Positions 12,433 through 25,139 of a stretch of DNA of 64,000 bases are shown piece by piece; positions within the stretch are counted from its first letter, which is position 1, and every line of letters starts with the position of its first letter. The DNA is from Octopus sinensis (taxonomy: Eukaryota), in contig NC_043002.1 of NCBI RefSeq assembly GCF_006345805.1, forward strand, positions 64,914,001 to 64,978,000. Reading direction: 5' to 3'. Both the position numbers and the translations under genes were made by a program. The notes under the pieces are model-generated. The model made no database searches. It saw nothing but the letters and a program-made list of their open reading frames with translations, and was not told the DNA's origin.

Positions 12433-13095
12433 ATATATAAGGGCTTAGTAAAATAAATTACTTTGCCACATACTGAACTCATTAGAAATAGCAGCTAAAG
12501 AAATTTCTTCAGCTATTTCTAATACTTAAAGAAGATCTCTCTCAGATAGTGTTTGCCTAAACCAACTCACAAAAGTATGGGGGAAAAAAACATTAAAAAA
12601 TCAAGTGCAAAGGTTATTTGAGAACGTACGTTTCTAGATTAGTCAATTCGACATCTCTTTCTTCAGCTCAGAATTCCTTGAATCGGATTTGGGAACGCTG
12701 AAAGTCGGGAGCATACCCTTTCGGCTTCTAATCACCTCTAGAATTCTGCTCGAACTAAAAGTGCTATCAAATTCGAATATGCAAGCGAAGAATTTCTGCT
12801 CTCCCCTTTCCACCAGCGTGGGTTAAAATTGACAAACACCATGTATTAACGGTGAAAACCGCAGCATTTAGCAAAGAGAGATGAATTATAATTTCAACAA
12901 TTGAGGGTAAAATTAATTAATTATTAATCAATTTCACCAAGTATTCAGTATGTAAAGGGACCATTATAGGCGAATTCAAAATATTACATTATATATAAGG
13001 GCTTAGTAAAATAAATTACTTTGCCACATACTGAACTCATTAGAAATAGCAGCTAAAGAAATTTCTTCAGCTATTTCTAATACTTAAAGAAGATA
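12433..13095 (-). mobile_element. 558-bp-period element with ~100-bp terminal direct repeat and one hammerhead (retrozyme/pLTR-like)
   Basis: aagggcttagtaaaataaattactttgcc...cttaaagaagat at 12439 and 12997; preceded by (TA)n. Confidence 0.8.
12619..12670 (-). ncRNA. Minimal type I hammerhead ribozyme motif
   Basis: Minus strand: tgag-CTGAAGA-aagagatgtcgaattgactaatcta-GAAA-cgtacg-TT-ctca. Stem I tgag/ctca, palindromic stem III acgtacgt. Confidence 0.7.
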
Positions 13096-13134
13096 TGCAT
13101 AAGATAAATGAAAAGACACCTGCACGCTTTCTGT

Positions 13135-13219
<85 letters not shown>

Positions 13220-13699
13220 ATACACACAGGTATATACATATATGTGTATTGGTGTTAATGTTGGTATGCGTGTGTTTGTGTGTGTGATTATACATACCAA
13301 AATGTGTGTTTCTGAAGTTTGCGAGTATATTTTTTCTGTCTATAATATATTAACATAACCTTCATTAAAACAGACAAACAGAACTAAAGAAATCTGAAAT
13401 ACGAAATATAACAACAATATTTAGCAACAATTCATGATTTTGTCTTGTCTCAATGAATCATGGTGCAGACAGAAAACATATGTGCGCAGATTTCTTACTT
13501 AAGAAATTTCTTTGTAACAATAAAACAAAGTTTTATAATTTGATATTTCTTTCTACCAATGAAGCGGCTGTTGTGGTCTAACTCCTTCTATGCTTGGGTA
13601 TGCAACCTATGCTATTAAAGGCTTTCCATTCGTGACACTCCAGTAAGTTTGTGTATTCTATCATTTTCAATGTATTTTTTTGTTTGGAGTTATTTACCT

Positions 13700-14133
13700 G
13701 GATCTTTTTTGCTTTGAACGGCAGTTTTTTAAAATAATTTCCACGTAACTAAACACTTTTAAACTTCGTATACTGGTAGAATGTGTCTATAAAACATCTT
13801 TTTCTCTTGGTTCTATTGAGAAAATTCTATAGTTTGTAAGATATTTGTTGTTGTTTTTCTTCAGTTTCTGCAATTTCAACCAATCAGTGACGTGTATGAG
13901 GTTATAAACATTCTGTGTCGTATGAATATGTCCCTCGTTTAAGAAACAGATTGGGTTTATTTACATTTCTGAAGAAAAAAATATACCCTTCCCCCCACCC
14001 TAACCCTAACCCTAACCAACGCTAACCCTAAAATAGATTCAAATGCAATAGATCGATACTAGGGTCATAATTGTTGGTAACAATTTCATATGACACCGCT
14101 AGGAAAAAACTGCCGTTCAAACCGAAAAGATCC
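13700..14133. mobile_element. Non-autonomous DNA transposon (MITE), Merlin-like, with internal telomeric repeats
   Basis: Imperfect ~30-bp TIRs ggatctttt...ttgaacggcagtttttt / aaaaaactgccgttcaa...aaaagatcc. Exact 8-bp TSD atttacct at 13692-13699 and 14134-14141. GG termini with an 8-bp TSD fit Merlin; hAT is not excluded. Confidence 0.8.
13998..14031 (-). repeat. Short interstitial (TTAGGG)n-type tract inside the MITE
   Basis: ccctaaccctaaccctaaccaacgctaaccctaa. Confidence 0.85.
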
Positions 14134-14485
14134 ATTTACCTTTATTTACGACTAAGTGGATAGATTTCACTTAACACGAATAAAGTCACATGCTTAAAAT
14201 AGCATCACACCATTGACTTACTACCTAAAATAGGACATCACGCTTAGGACGACATCTTTAAAAATCTCAATTTTATCGAATTTCCATGTTTTTACCATCA
14301 ACTAAACTGTAACTCTGCTTCTTCTAACAGCATCACTACTAATTTATAATTTGAATAATATTGTAATATGTATTTTCTTTTTCATCATCCTTTTTTTGAG
14401 CTCTCTTCTCTTTATCGTCTCTTCATCATCGATATCATCTTTTCTTTATCGACCTCCTTCAATTGAACTCTAAACGTTTGTTATC

Positions 14486-14872
14486 GTGGAGGTGCAATGG
14501 CCCAGTGTTTAGGGCAGCGGACTGGCGGTCATAGGATCACGGTTTTGATTCCCAGACCGGACGTTGTGAGTGTTTATTGAACGAAAACATCTAAAGCCCC
14601 ACGAAGCTCCGGCAGTGGGCGGGGAGCGGACACTGCTGTATTCATTCACCACAACTTTCTCTCACTCTTTCTTCCTCTTTCTGTTATACCTATATTTATT
14701 TCAAAGGATCAACCTTGTCACACTCTGTGCCACGCTAAATCTCCATGAGAACTACGTTAAGAGTACACGTGTCTGTGGAGTGCTCAGCTACTTGCACGTT
14801 AATTTAACAAACAGGTTTTTCCGTTGATCGAGTCAACTGGAACCCTCGTCGGCATAACCGACGGAGTGCCAC
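14486..14872 (+). mobile_element. tRNA-derived SINE (OR-like head, distinct 3' tail)
   Basis: Head gtggaggtgcaatggcccagtgtttagggcagcggact...ggttttgattccc is shared with the 34805 and 46206 copies. Confidence 0.85.
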
Positions 14873-15476
14873 GAAACATTTATGTATGAGACACACAGTA
14901 CAGTGGAAATGGCAATTCAGATTATCAGGCAATCTATTTTTTAAAGCAGATGTAGAATATTGTTCGGTATATTTTCATGTTTTGAAGTACTTTTATTTTA
15001 AATAGTATTTTTATTCTAAGTATAATTTCTGTAGTAAGGATTAAAAAAAACCCTAGACTTTGGTAAACATCAATAGAACCACTTGTTGATTGTAATTCAA
15101 TTATACAAAAGTATGATGTTATTTTTCTAGATATGATTGCCTTCCTCTATCGAGCATTTTCAACATTATATCGTGATGTGTGTATATCTGTGATTTTCAT
15201 ATACCCACCCGTACTTTGCATATGTAATTTTATACAAGGAGTAAATTTCCTCAAAACTAATGGATCAAGGCTTTGGAATTTATAAATATATACAGTGGGT
15301 GGAAATAAATATTCGTACATTTCAAAATTTTTTATTTATTTAATTTCTAATGAACATAAAAAGTATATACCAATACTATATTTCCATACACATGCATAAA
15401 CTAAGATTATGCAAAAGAAACTAATAAACTATAGTAACTAATGAATTTATATACCATTATAAATATTTGTGTATAT

Positions 15477-15524
<48 letters not shown>

Positions 15525-15534
15525 CACATCAAAA

Positions 15535-15750
15535 ATGAAAGGACGAAGACATGTGGTGCAGATAACAAACATATGTATTAGTTTAACGCTCGGGAAGTGA
15601 AAAAAGTCTTTAACGTTTCGAGTCTACGCCCTTCCACAGAAAGAAACAGGAAAGGAAAATAAAGAATGTGTAGTGGCTAGCGATATATCTGTTTGTAGTT
15701 TACACACCCGTCTTCGTCTTTTGTTTTTATTTTTTTGTAAATTCGTGCTA
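15535..15750 (-). mobile_element. Short pLTR-like repeat containing a variant hammerhead (15608-15643), between microsatellites
   Basis: Minus strand: cttt-CTGTGGA-agggcgtagactc-GAAA-cg-TT-aaag. Homologous to 30362-30562, 45611-45725 and 47040-47212. Confidence 0.7.
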
Positions 15751-17130
15751 TACACACACACACACACACACATAAACACACACATATATATACATACTGG
15801 AGATACTAAAATTTTACTATATATATAATATATTCAATGTATACTAGAGGGTTGCCTGTATTTCTATTATCTATTCAACTGTGGTTACCTAAATCTAGTT
15901 GACATTATAAAAATCACAAATGTTATATATGCGTGCTTTCCGTTGCACAGGCTTAATATAGTTTAATGATGGTAAAATATAGGGTCCTTTCACATGTACT
16001 TCCTTTTATTGTATTATAGAAATATGTCAAATTTCTATCATTCATACTATCGGGCTCAAAATTGTAAAAGGATGCAATTTCATATTTAAGTTAAAAGTTT
16101 TTGCATATAACTGAAGATATGAAAATCTGAAACATATAAGACTAAATGCGAATAGAATATAATTCCGGGACAGTACAATATGCAAATCTATAATTAAGTC
16201 TCAATGAAACTCTTCGGCCATTTTATCATCAAATAATGATCTTACATAGATCACTCATTGATTCCGCTAGAACAGTAAATCCCTAGGCTAATCACATGGA
16301 AGATTTTCAGCATTCTTAGATTTCAAAACTTTTGAACCAGCTTCGTGTTTTATGCATCTTCAGATCACAGTAGAAATAGTATTCTTTTTAATTTCTGTAC
16401 AAGGCCAGAAATTTTGGGAGTAGTGTGTGACTCAATCACACCGACCCTAGAGCTTGACAAGTAATTTATTTTGTCCATTCCGAAAGAACAAAAGCCAGTG
16501 TTGACGTCGGCGGAATGTGAATTAAGTAAGTAAAATGCTGGAAGACATGTCACTAAGTATTTTCTTCGGCGTGCAAGCAATTCTGCCAGCGAGCTCCCTT
16601 AACGATGTACATAATACTGGTTTCTAATTATTGCACCAGACTCTGCAAGATCTCTTCCTTAACAATATACATAACATCAATCTAAAAAAAAATGCAATAA
16701 TGACAATTTATTTTAACAACTGCTTCCATACATCTTCTGAAAGAATACATAGCAAGATGAAGAAAGTCTAATTATCAGTTTGATTAAAACTTACCAGAAA
16801 CAACAGGTAACTAACGCTTAAACCACGTACGAAGGTTTTAAGATAAGGTGAAATAAACATGGCTCGAATGCCTCCGATGAGAATTCAGCTCAATCAGTGG
16901 CCAACGTAAAGCAAACTGCAAAACGATAAGCATAACATTTAATAGATTCAAGTCTATATATATTTTTTCACACTTTATACAAATTTAGTGTTTTGTATAG
17001 AGTTTCCATTTAGAGATTTATGAGGGGGTAGAGAGCTGGGATTTGAATCGGAAAGTGAGAGTTTACAATAGAATGACAAGAAATATGCTCATTAAAATGT
17101 AGGCTGTCTTAGACTACATATAGTTATATA

Positions 17131-17431
17131 TGTTTGTTTCTTCTCGAGCTATCCCTGGTTCATAGGGCCGGTTTCCCGGTTTCCTTGGCGTATATGTTCC
17201 CCACCTGGACGGGACGCCGGTCCGCCGCAGGTGAGCTGCAAGATGCAGGACGAAAAAGTGAGAGAAACTTGTGGCGAAAGAGTCAGCAGAAGTTCGCCAT
17301 TACCTTCTACAGGAGCTGCCTGGAGCTTAGATGTTTCGCTCATAAACACACATCGCCCCGGTCTGAGATTCGAACTCGCGATCCCTCGACCGCGAGTCTG
17401 CTGCTCTAACGACTAGGCCATGTGCCTCCAC
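17131..17431 (-). mobile_element. tRNA-derived SINE (OR-like), full length
   Basis: Same family as 6303-6604; TSD atagttata on both sides. Confidence 0.9.
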
Positions 17432-19376
17432 CATAGTTATACATAATATATGTTAATGTAACGTAAGGTTATGTGCAGCAGAAATTTATATAGAGGGAAA
17501 TGATTATGCTAATATCCTGTGATTGGGAGCATGAAGTTTACGGTTAACCCATAAATATTGTGGATATAGTTTTCAGTAGCGATTCTATTGATGCTTCCAC
17601 ACATTTGATTGACTGACCCGCCGTTTTACAGACGATAACCTAACATGTAGCATAGACGTTAGCAGTCCCGGGAGCACTCCATGATAAACCATTGTCTCGT
17701 AAATTAGTAAAGCCGGCTCCAGTTGTTCCCCCTTCACATATAAGCTTACTACGATATACTGGCGTACTATGCGTCTGGAACAAATGTTTCGTTTCTCATC
17801 GGCTTCACCTCATGGACTACAATTCAGAAAATGTCGATGTAATTATGCTCTGCTTCTAGTGATTCGGATAGTATTCAAAGATATTTTACCCAATAAGAAT
17901 CAATATATTTAGCTGAAGGCATGCAGATGCAAGTGAAATATTATATTTCCCAATGGTAAGCGGCGACAACATTGGTAAATCTAAAAGTGATCGTTTCATT
18001 TGCCTCCGGTGTAGAGGTCAATTCAGGGAATTTTGAAAGTTAATCATGCTTTGCAAGTGTCAAATCCATGAAGGAAATCGTGTCTCTTCTGCTTTACTTA
18101 ACACCACGATATGCGATAAAGAGAAAATAATATTTTATTGGTGTGATTTCTCGAAGTATATCTAGTGATTCCGTAATATATAACACTAATAATACAATTA
18201 CACTCTTCGCAAATCAATGTATGTTAAACTGAATTTTAACGATAGCTGTAATAAAGGTTATGGTGAGTGTTCGTCGAACTTGTTTCCCCAACAGGGGTGA
18301 ATTGTTCGCCTACAATAATCTCCTTTGATGATTGGAAACAACCTTGCAAATTTAGATTCCTTTGCAGCAATTCTCTAAGTAAAATTTTATATGAAAGGAA
18401 AATTGCAGTGACACCATTTTAGCAATAACATAGTATATAAACTCATCTACATTTCTCATAAAATATTTTAAATAGCATGCTTGGAATATATATGTGGAAA
18501 TCAAGAAAAATTATAATTTGAATACAGTAATTCAATAAGCAATTATGATAATTACTTACGTAAATAATCGATATATATATATCTTTTGTAACAGTTAATT
18601 AGTGAAAAGTAACTTAATTTCCACTATGATTAACTATACGAGCTATCGCAATGGAACACCTGAAAAGACTAAATTAAAATACTGAATAAATTTCACACAG
18701 AGTCCAGGGATATTTGAGCGCTCAAGAATATATTGTTTGTGAATTATGCTTATGTCTATATGTATGTTTCTAAAACATAAGTAAGTTCTAGAAGTTTCTC
18801 AAAATGATTATTCACTTTCAATACAATTAAAATCATCCTGATTACCCAATGCCTTTATTCACGTTCACAGATCTGCTGTATGATCACTAGCAGCTTTGGA
18901 TACCTTAGCAACACTCAATGAAGGATCAACATCGAGAATGAACTCAATATCAGATTTGGCAAAGATAGTAGCATGTATTTTAACAACTTAAACAAATTCT
19001 ATGAGATGAGGTATTTTAAACATAAAACTTGTTAAATGGACAAAACCGCCGTGTACCTGTAATACTCGGACTACTTACAATAGCACCAAAAATATTAATA
19101 GTTTCTCCTGAACTTCTTCCACGACAAATTGCACTGGTGATATCAATGTATGCCAGCTTAACGGCGACCAATCACACTAACACCCTTATAGTTGTACACT
19201 AGCCTTAAGAACTGGAAAGCATCCGATATTTTATGAAGGTCTTGTGTAGGATGCTTCAAATCAATGTATGCGGTTTCTCCTGCATTTCGGAGTTCCTTTT
19301 CTTGTACTTATTTTGATTTCGAATAGTAAGTGGAGATATTATTACCTAACTGTTTATGTATAAGAATTGTTATAGT

Positions 19377-19660
19377 GTGGAGGCACATGGCCTAGTGGTT
19401 AGAGCAGAGAACTCGCGGGTTCGAATCTCAGGCCGGGCGATGTGTGTGTTTATGAGCGAAAGACATAACCTCCACGCGATTCCGGCAGAAGGTAACGGCG
19501 AACTTCTGCCGACTCTTTCGGCACAAATTTCTCTCACTCTTTCCACTCGCAGCTCACCTGCGACGGACCGGCGTCCCGTCCATGTGGGGAACCTATACGC
19601 CAAGAAAACCGGGAAACCGGCCCTTATACGCCAGGCATGGCTCGAGAAGGAACAAACATC
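19377..19660 (+). mobile_element. tRNA-derived SINE (OR-like)
   Basis: gtggaggcacatggcctagtggttagagc...gggttcgaatctc; TSD gttatagt at 19369-19376 and 19661-19668. Confidence 0.9.
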
Positions 19661-21282
19661 GTTATAGTAGAACACACTATTTTACTTAACACTAACCTCC
19701 ATACCCATTGTTCCTTGTTTTTCTCTGTATTTCGCCTTTCTCTTGAAACCAGACCCTTGTCAGAATCGTTAGAGCCTTGACATAATAACTTGCAGAAATC
19801 AAATCCTGCTGATGTTAACGTTGCAGTTCATCGTCGGAGTAAATTCAGAATAAGTGTAAATTAAGTGCTGTATTCCATAGCATCGATGAAGATCATTCTC
19901 AAAAAGTCTGGCCTGGTGCTTAATTACAAAATATTATTATCATTCGCTTCCGATTTCTTCAAATATGTTTTTTAAATCTGATTTTAAATCTCTGTTATCA
20001 AAACGTTTTTACTTGAAAAACAATTTTGGCTCTATATTCATTTCTCTGTTTCAGAAAAAAAAAGCCCAGACAGATTCAAGACTGAAAAATGTGTTGCGTC
20101 TTGAAAACTTTGATTCATTTTATTTTAACGTTACCAATTTCCACCAGACGTAATGCAGAAATATCTTGTGAGAGATAGCAGGTCTTTCTCAAGAAAACAA
20201 TAAATATTGATAATGAATGCGAAAGAACCTCAAATGGAAACAAATAATAATATTGTTAAGTAAAACAGGAGAAAACTGTGAGGACCTTTTAATCGAATAT
20301 AGACCTGATATAATCAGTTCTAACCATATTTTGGTTGCAAGGAAAGTCAATACCAGTTTCACACTAACTCATCCCTCACCTGTTTAGATATGTGACATAA
20401 ATCTCTGCAAAGTAGAGAATATCACCGACATTGCTCTCTAGTATGCTAGTGGCCACAGTTTCTATGATTATTGACTTACCAACATGACGATATATAGATT
20501 TTGAAAGGAAACTAATAAAAAGACTGCGCGTTTCCAGGTTTCTATCATTGATTATTGCATATAACATTCTAGTCTTGTCGTTTCTGCCTTATCATAATTA
20601 TCATAAAATCCCGTTTGTCTTCTCTTTTAAATCAGAATGAATACGGAGGTTGTGTAAGAACGTTGAAGCCTTGCATCACGAAGTCAAGCACACCTTCCTT
20701 CCTAAATCCGATTCACTTTGTGTTTTTCATATGTATCGAGTTATAGCGTTAACCACATCTGTATCAACGAAACGGCCATCCCTTTCTCTAGACATAGGCT
20801 TAAAAACATATAAAATGTGTACTAATTTCTGATTGTATATTGGATGCAATGATATATTGACAACATTGACAACATTACATCAGAAACAGTCCTTTTACAA
20901 AGGTTTTGTTTAATATACATTAGCTTCATTGTTATTCTAGATTTTCTTGGATTGCTCAATCGTGGTCTTCATACAATAATTTATACAATGTTGTGAAAGT
21001 CTCATTTGTTTATTGGCTTGTGAGATAAATTCTTTCGTTCTTTCATTTATTTATATATCTATTTATCTATTTTTTTAAACTGTTTCCATTGTTATATTAA
21101 TTTATGCGAAAAATATTTTAATAGTTGTGTTTCATTGCTGTTTCTAGTTGTATTTTTCATCTACAGCTGATTATAGTTTTTAAAACCGGAATGCATTTTA
21201 CTTGTTTTCAGACATGATGATGGAGAGCCAGGTAGATAAAAGCGAATGAATTTATCTGACAAACAAATATATCGATAAAATC

Positions 21283-21520
21283 TTTACTCTTTTACTTGTT
21301 TGTCCTTTGACTGCGGCCATGCTGGAGCACCACCTTTAGTCGAACAAGTCGACCCCAGGCCTTATTCTTTGGAAGCCTAGTACTTATTCTATCAGTCCCT
21401 GTTGCTGAAACGCTAAGTTACGGGGACGTAAACACACCAGCATCGATTATCAAGCGATGTTGTGGGGATAAACACAGACATACAAACATACACACATACA
21501 CACATACAGACATACATATA
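21283..21520 (-). mobile_element. 3' half of a tRNA-derived SINE split by the palindromic insertion
   Basis: Reverse complement of 37040-37230; the 5' half resumes at 23715-23883. Confidence 0.85.
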
Positions 21521-21662
21521 TATATATATATATAGTTGAGTGTAGAAATTCGGGGTGAGTACTTGATAATTATAAGCACCTGTGTATACCGTTTGGTGGT
21601 GTAGGTGGTGGAGTAAATTGATCAAAATAAAAATAAAAATAAAAACATGAGGCGAAGGATTC

Positions 21663-21742
21663 AGCGGTACATATGTTTCGGGCCTTTATTAGACAGATAC
21701 ATAACAAATCATAATGTATGTCTGTGGCCTTCTTCAGCCGCT
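21663..21742 (-). ncRNA. Type I hammerhead ribozyme motif (left arm, facing outward)
   Basis: Reverse complement of 23520-23598. Confidence 0.8.
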
Positions 21743-23519
21743 CACAACAGCTTCCACAAGGACATGTGTTAGTTCCGAAATTCTTGGCTGGGGATGCAAA
21801 TCTTCTCGTTCCCGTACGACAAAACGGCAGCAGCATCGAATTGAATCGTCCATCTCCTTTCTCTCTCAATGTAGAATGGGAAACTTGGATGTTGAGGTAA
21901 TGTAAATAAATAAATACGTATATAGAGGTGAAGATGGAGGGGCGAGAGTTCGGGGCGAGGGATAAAAACTATAAAATAATATAAAATAATGTATAAATGT
22001 AGATGATAAAGATATAAAGAGTTGTAAGGAGATGTAAAGGGGTATAAAGGCATAATGTTGTAAGTAAAAATAGAAATGGAAATAATAGTAAAAGAAGTAA
22101 AGGAACCTGATAAAAACATGATAAAAGTGTAAAAGAATGTAGGGATAAGGGATGTATAGAGGTCGCGGACCCAGCATGGTGGTCAAGAGATTGATAAAAC
22201 TTAGTTGTAGAACTGTCAGTAAATTAACGGTTCGTCGTAAATCAGAGCTGATGAGAGTTTAATCTGGTTCCTTGAATTAAATGGACTTCCAGTACATACA
22301 TATCATCATGGGTACATACACCCACATACACGCGTACATATACGTCTCCAAGTCTATAAGCAAACACACGCACTCGCGTGTAAACATGTACATAAACCCA
22401 CACGCACCCACACGCATGCGCGCACACACACATACATACAACAGAATATCCGCATATATAGACGGACATTACGCCGCGTATACGCTCACATGTACATACG
22501 TGCGCCCCTCACTACATACGTACACGTATATGCCCACGTCTCTAGGTCTAGGTATAAGATATTAAAGGATGTGTATAAGAACGTATGTAAAGAATCCCGT
22601 ACTCATGTTAATACGCGCACGCACGGCCGTGTGTGCGTGCGCGTATTAACATGAGTACGGGATTCTTTACATACGTTCTTATACACATCCTTTAATATCT
22701 TATACCTAGACCTAGAGACGTGGGCATATACGTGTGTACGTATGTAGTGAGGGGCGCACGTATGTACATGTGAGCGTATACGCGCGTAATGTCCGTCTAT
22801 ATATGCGGATATTCTGTTGTATGTATGTGTGTGTGCGCGCATGCGTGTGGGTGCGTGTGGGTTTATGTACATGTTTACACGCGAGTGCGTGTGTTTGCTT
22901 ATAGACTTGGAGACGTATATGTACGCGTGTATGTGGGTGTATGTACCCATGATGATATGTATGTACTGGAAGTCCATTTAATTCAAGGAACCAGATTAAA
23001 CTCTCATCAGCTCTGATTTACGACGAAACCGTTAATTTACTGACAGTTCTACAACTAAGTTTTATCAATCTCTTGACCACCATGCTGGGTCCGCGACCTC
23101 TATACATCCCTTATCCCTACATTCTTTTACACTTTTATCATGTTTTTATCAGGTTCCTTTACTTCTTTTACTATTATTTCCATTTCTATTTTTACTTTAC
23201 AACATTATGCCTTTATACCCCCTACATCTCCTTACAACTCTTTATATCTTTATCATCTACATTTATACATTATTTTATATTATTTTATATTTTTTATCCC
23301 TCGCCCCGAACTCTCGCCCCTCCATCTTCACCTCTATATACGTATTTATTTATTTACATTACCTCAACATCCAAGTTTCCTCATTCTACATTGAGAGAAG
23401 AAGGAGATGGACGATTCAATTCGATGCTGCTGCCGCATTTTGTCGTACGGGAACGAGAAGATTTGCATCCCCAGCCAAGAATTTCGGAACTAACACATGT
23501 CCTTGTGGAAGCTGTTGTG

Positions 23520-23598
23520 AGCGGCTGAAGAAGGCCACAGACATACATTATGATTGTTATGTATCTGTCTAATAAAGGCCCGAAACATATGTACCGCT
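23520..23598 (+). ncRNA. Type I hammerhead ribozyme motif (right arm, facing outward)
   Basis: agcgg-CTGAAGA-aggcc...ggccc-GAAA-catatg-TA-ccgct. 5-bp stem I, long stem II, palindromic stem III acatatgt, GUA triplet. Confidence 0.8.
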
Positions 23599-23638
23599 GA
23601 ATCCTTCGCCTCATGTTTTTATTTTTATTTTTATTTTG

Positions 23639-23704
<66 letters not shown>

Positions 23705-23714
23705 ATATATACAT

Positions 23715-23883
23715 ATAGAAGACGGGCGTCTTTCAGTTTCCGTCTACCAAATCCACTCACAAGGCTTTGGTCGGCCTGAGGCTATAGTAGAAGAGACTTG
23801 CTCAAGGTGCCACGTAGTGGGAATAAACACAGAACTGTGTGGTTGGTAAGCAAGCTACTTACCACACAGTCAACCCTGCACCT
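23715..23883 (-). mobile_element. 5' half of the split tRNA-derived SINE
   Basis: tttccgtctaccaaatccactcacaaggctttgg...caagctacttaccacacag is the reverse complement of 36810-36965. Confidence 0.85.
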
Positions 23884-24830
23884 AATTTCTTCGTGCAGCT
23901 CGATCCCTGGATCTTATATCTATATTGGGAAAATTGGTAATTTTTGATACGTATTTACTATATCTTTTATGTTTATTATTTTATTTCAACCCTTAATAGA
24001 CAATCTTTTTACATAAACTCATCCATTTAAGTTATGTCAGTAAAAGAATAAATAATAAATGATTTTTTAACTTGCTTTTATTAATTCATGCCTTGTAATA
24101 TTCAATCCCTTTCAACGAAGTAACAAGACTGTAATCCATAGCAACAGAAGATAATGTTGAGTAATATTAATAAAATCATATATTAGACTTCAATGTTCAT
24201 GGATGTCAATAAAATTATCGGCGATTTGATAGCGGTCACCAAAAAGACTTTTACTTTCCATATACAATATTCCACATATTTATATTTCACATATTTTTCG
24301 CAAGTGCATACACAGGTCTACTGTAATTGTAGGTATAGTAAACTTACCAAATGTTTGAGCTGATGTCCTTCCACTCGACAGGTAAAAAAAAAATATCATT
24401 TCAATATTATGTTCAAGGAAGCTAGAATCTGTGTGTTATAATTTACTGCTGGTTAAATATTAGCACTCGGCCATTAGTTAACATTATGTGAGTCGATTCT
24501 ACTTTAAGAAAAATCGAATCAAGTCTCTTCTTTAAAAGGAAATTTCGCCCTTCATTGTACACGTCTCAAAATATAATTTGCGTTTCAATTGCTACACGTA
24601 CAGACCTACATCAAATTATAGGAAGTATTTGTTACCCTTTCGATAAAATATACTTGATGCCTACCAAATATATTAAGCCCATAATTTGCAATGACACTGA
24701 TTGAAAAGAGATAGAAGAGAGCAAGGACATATAATCATTGGCCGAAATATCAGCTTGAAATGAGGAAAAGTGGAATTATTTAACTATGAATGTATCTATG
24801 TATATACACACATACATACGTACACACACA

Positions 24831-24914
<84 letters not shown>

Positions 24915-25139
24915 ATCCAAGGCTCGAGGTGCACGAAGAAAGTTAACATCCGTTGTAAATATAAAAAATACCTGTCATGTATAATAGTGGTTTATAGAGA
25001 CGGAAGGTCGTGGTTATTTTCGTATCGAAATATGATAAATTGAAAAACGTATTTTTTTATATATATATTTCACGGTAGGCTGCCAGGGTTTCCAGGTTTT
25101 GCGAATAAGAATAAAAGTGTTAAGAAATGGAGTAGATAA

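Larger units (their letters stand above)
21535..23642. mobile_element. ~2.1-kb near-perfect palindrome (two ~1-kb arms, essentially no spacer, centre acggccgt at 22623-22630, plus an ~85-bp unique left extension); inverted PLE pLTR-type insertion
   Basis: Mirror ORFs (22242-22469 minus vs 22789-23016 plus; 21866-22186 minus vs 23073 plus). Flanked by (TA)n on both sides, inside a SINE. Confidence 0.92.

Noticed and set aside
15292-15320. tacagtgggtggaaataaatattcgtaca as a Tc1-like TIR
   Set aside because: No matching second TIR or transposase found nearby.
17580-19260. Higher-complexity stretch, possibly exons or a decayed transposase
   Set aside because: The parts I translated by hand gave only short open stretches with no motif I can identify confidently.
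19377-19450. tRNA genes at SINE heads
   Set aside because: A/B boxes run into SINE bodies with TSDs; no complete cloverleaf.
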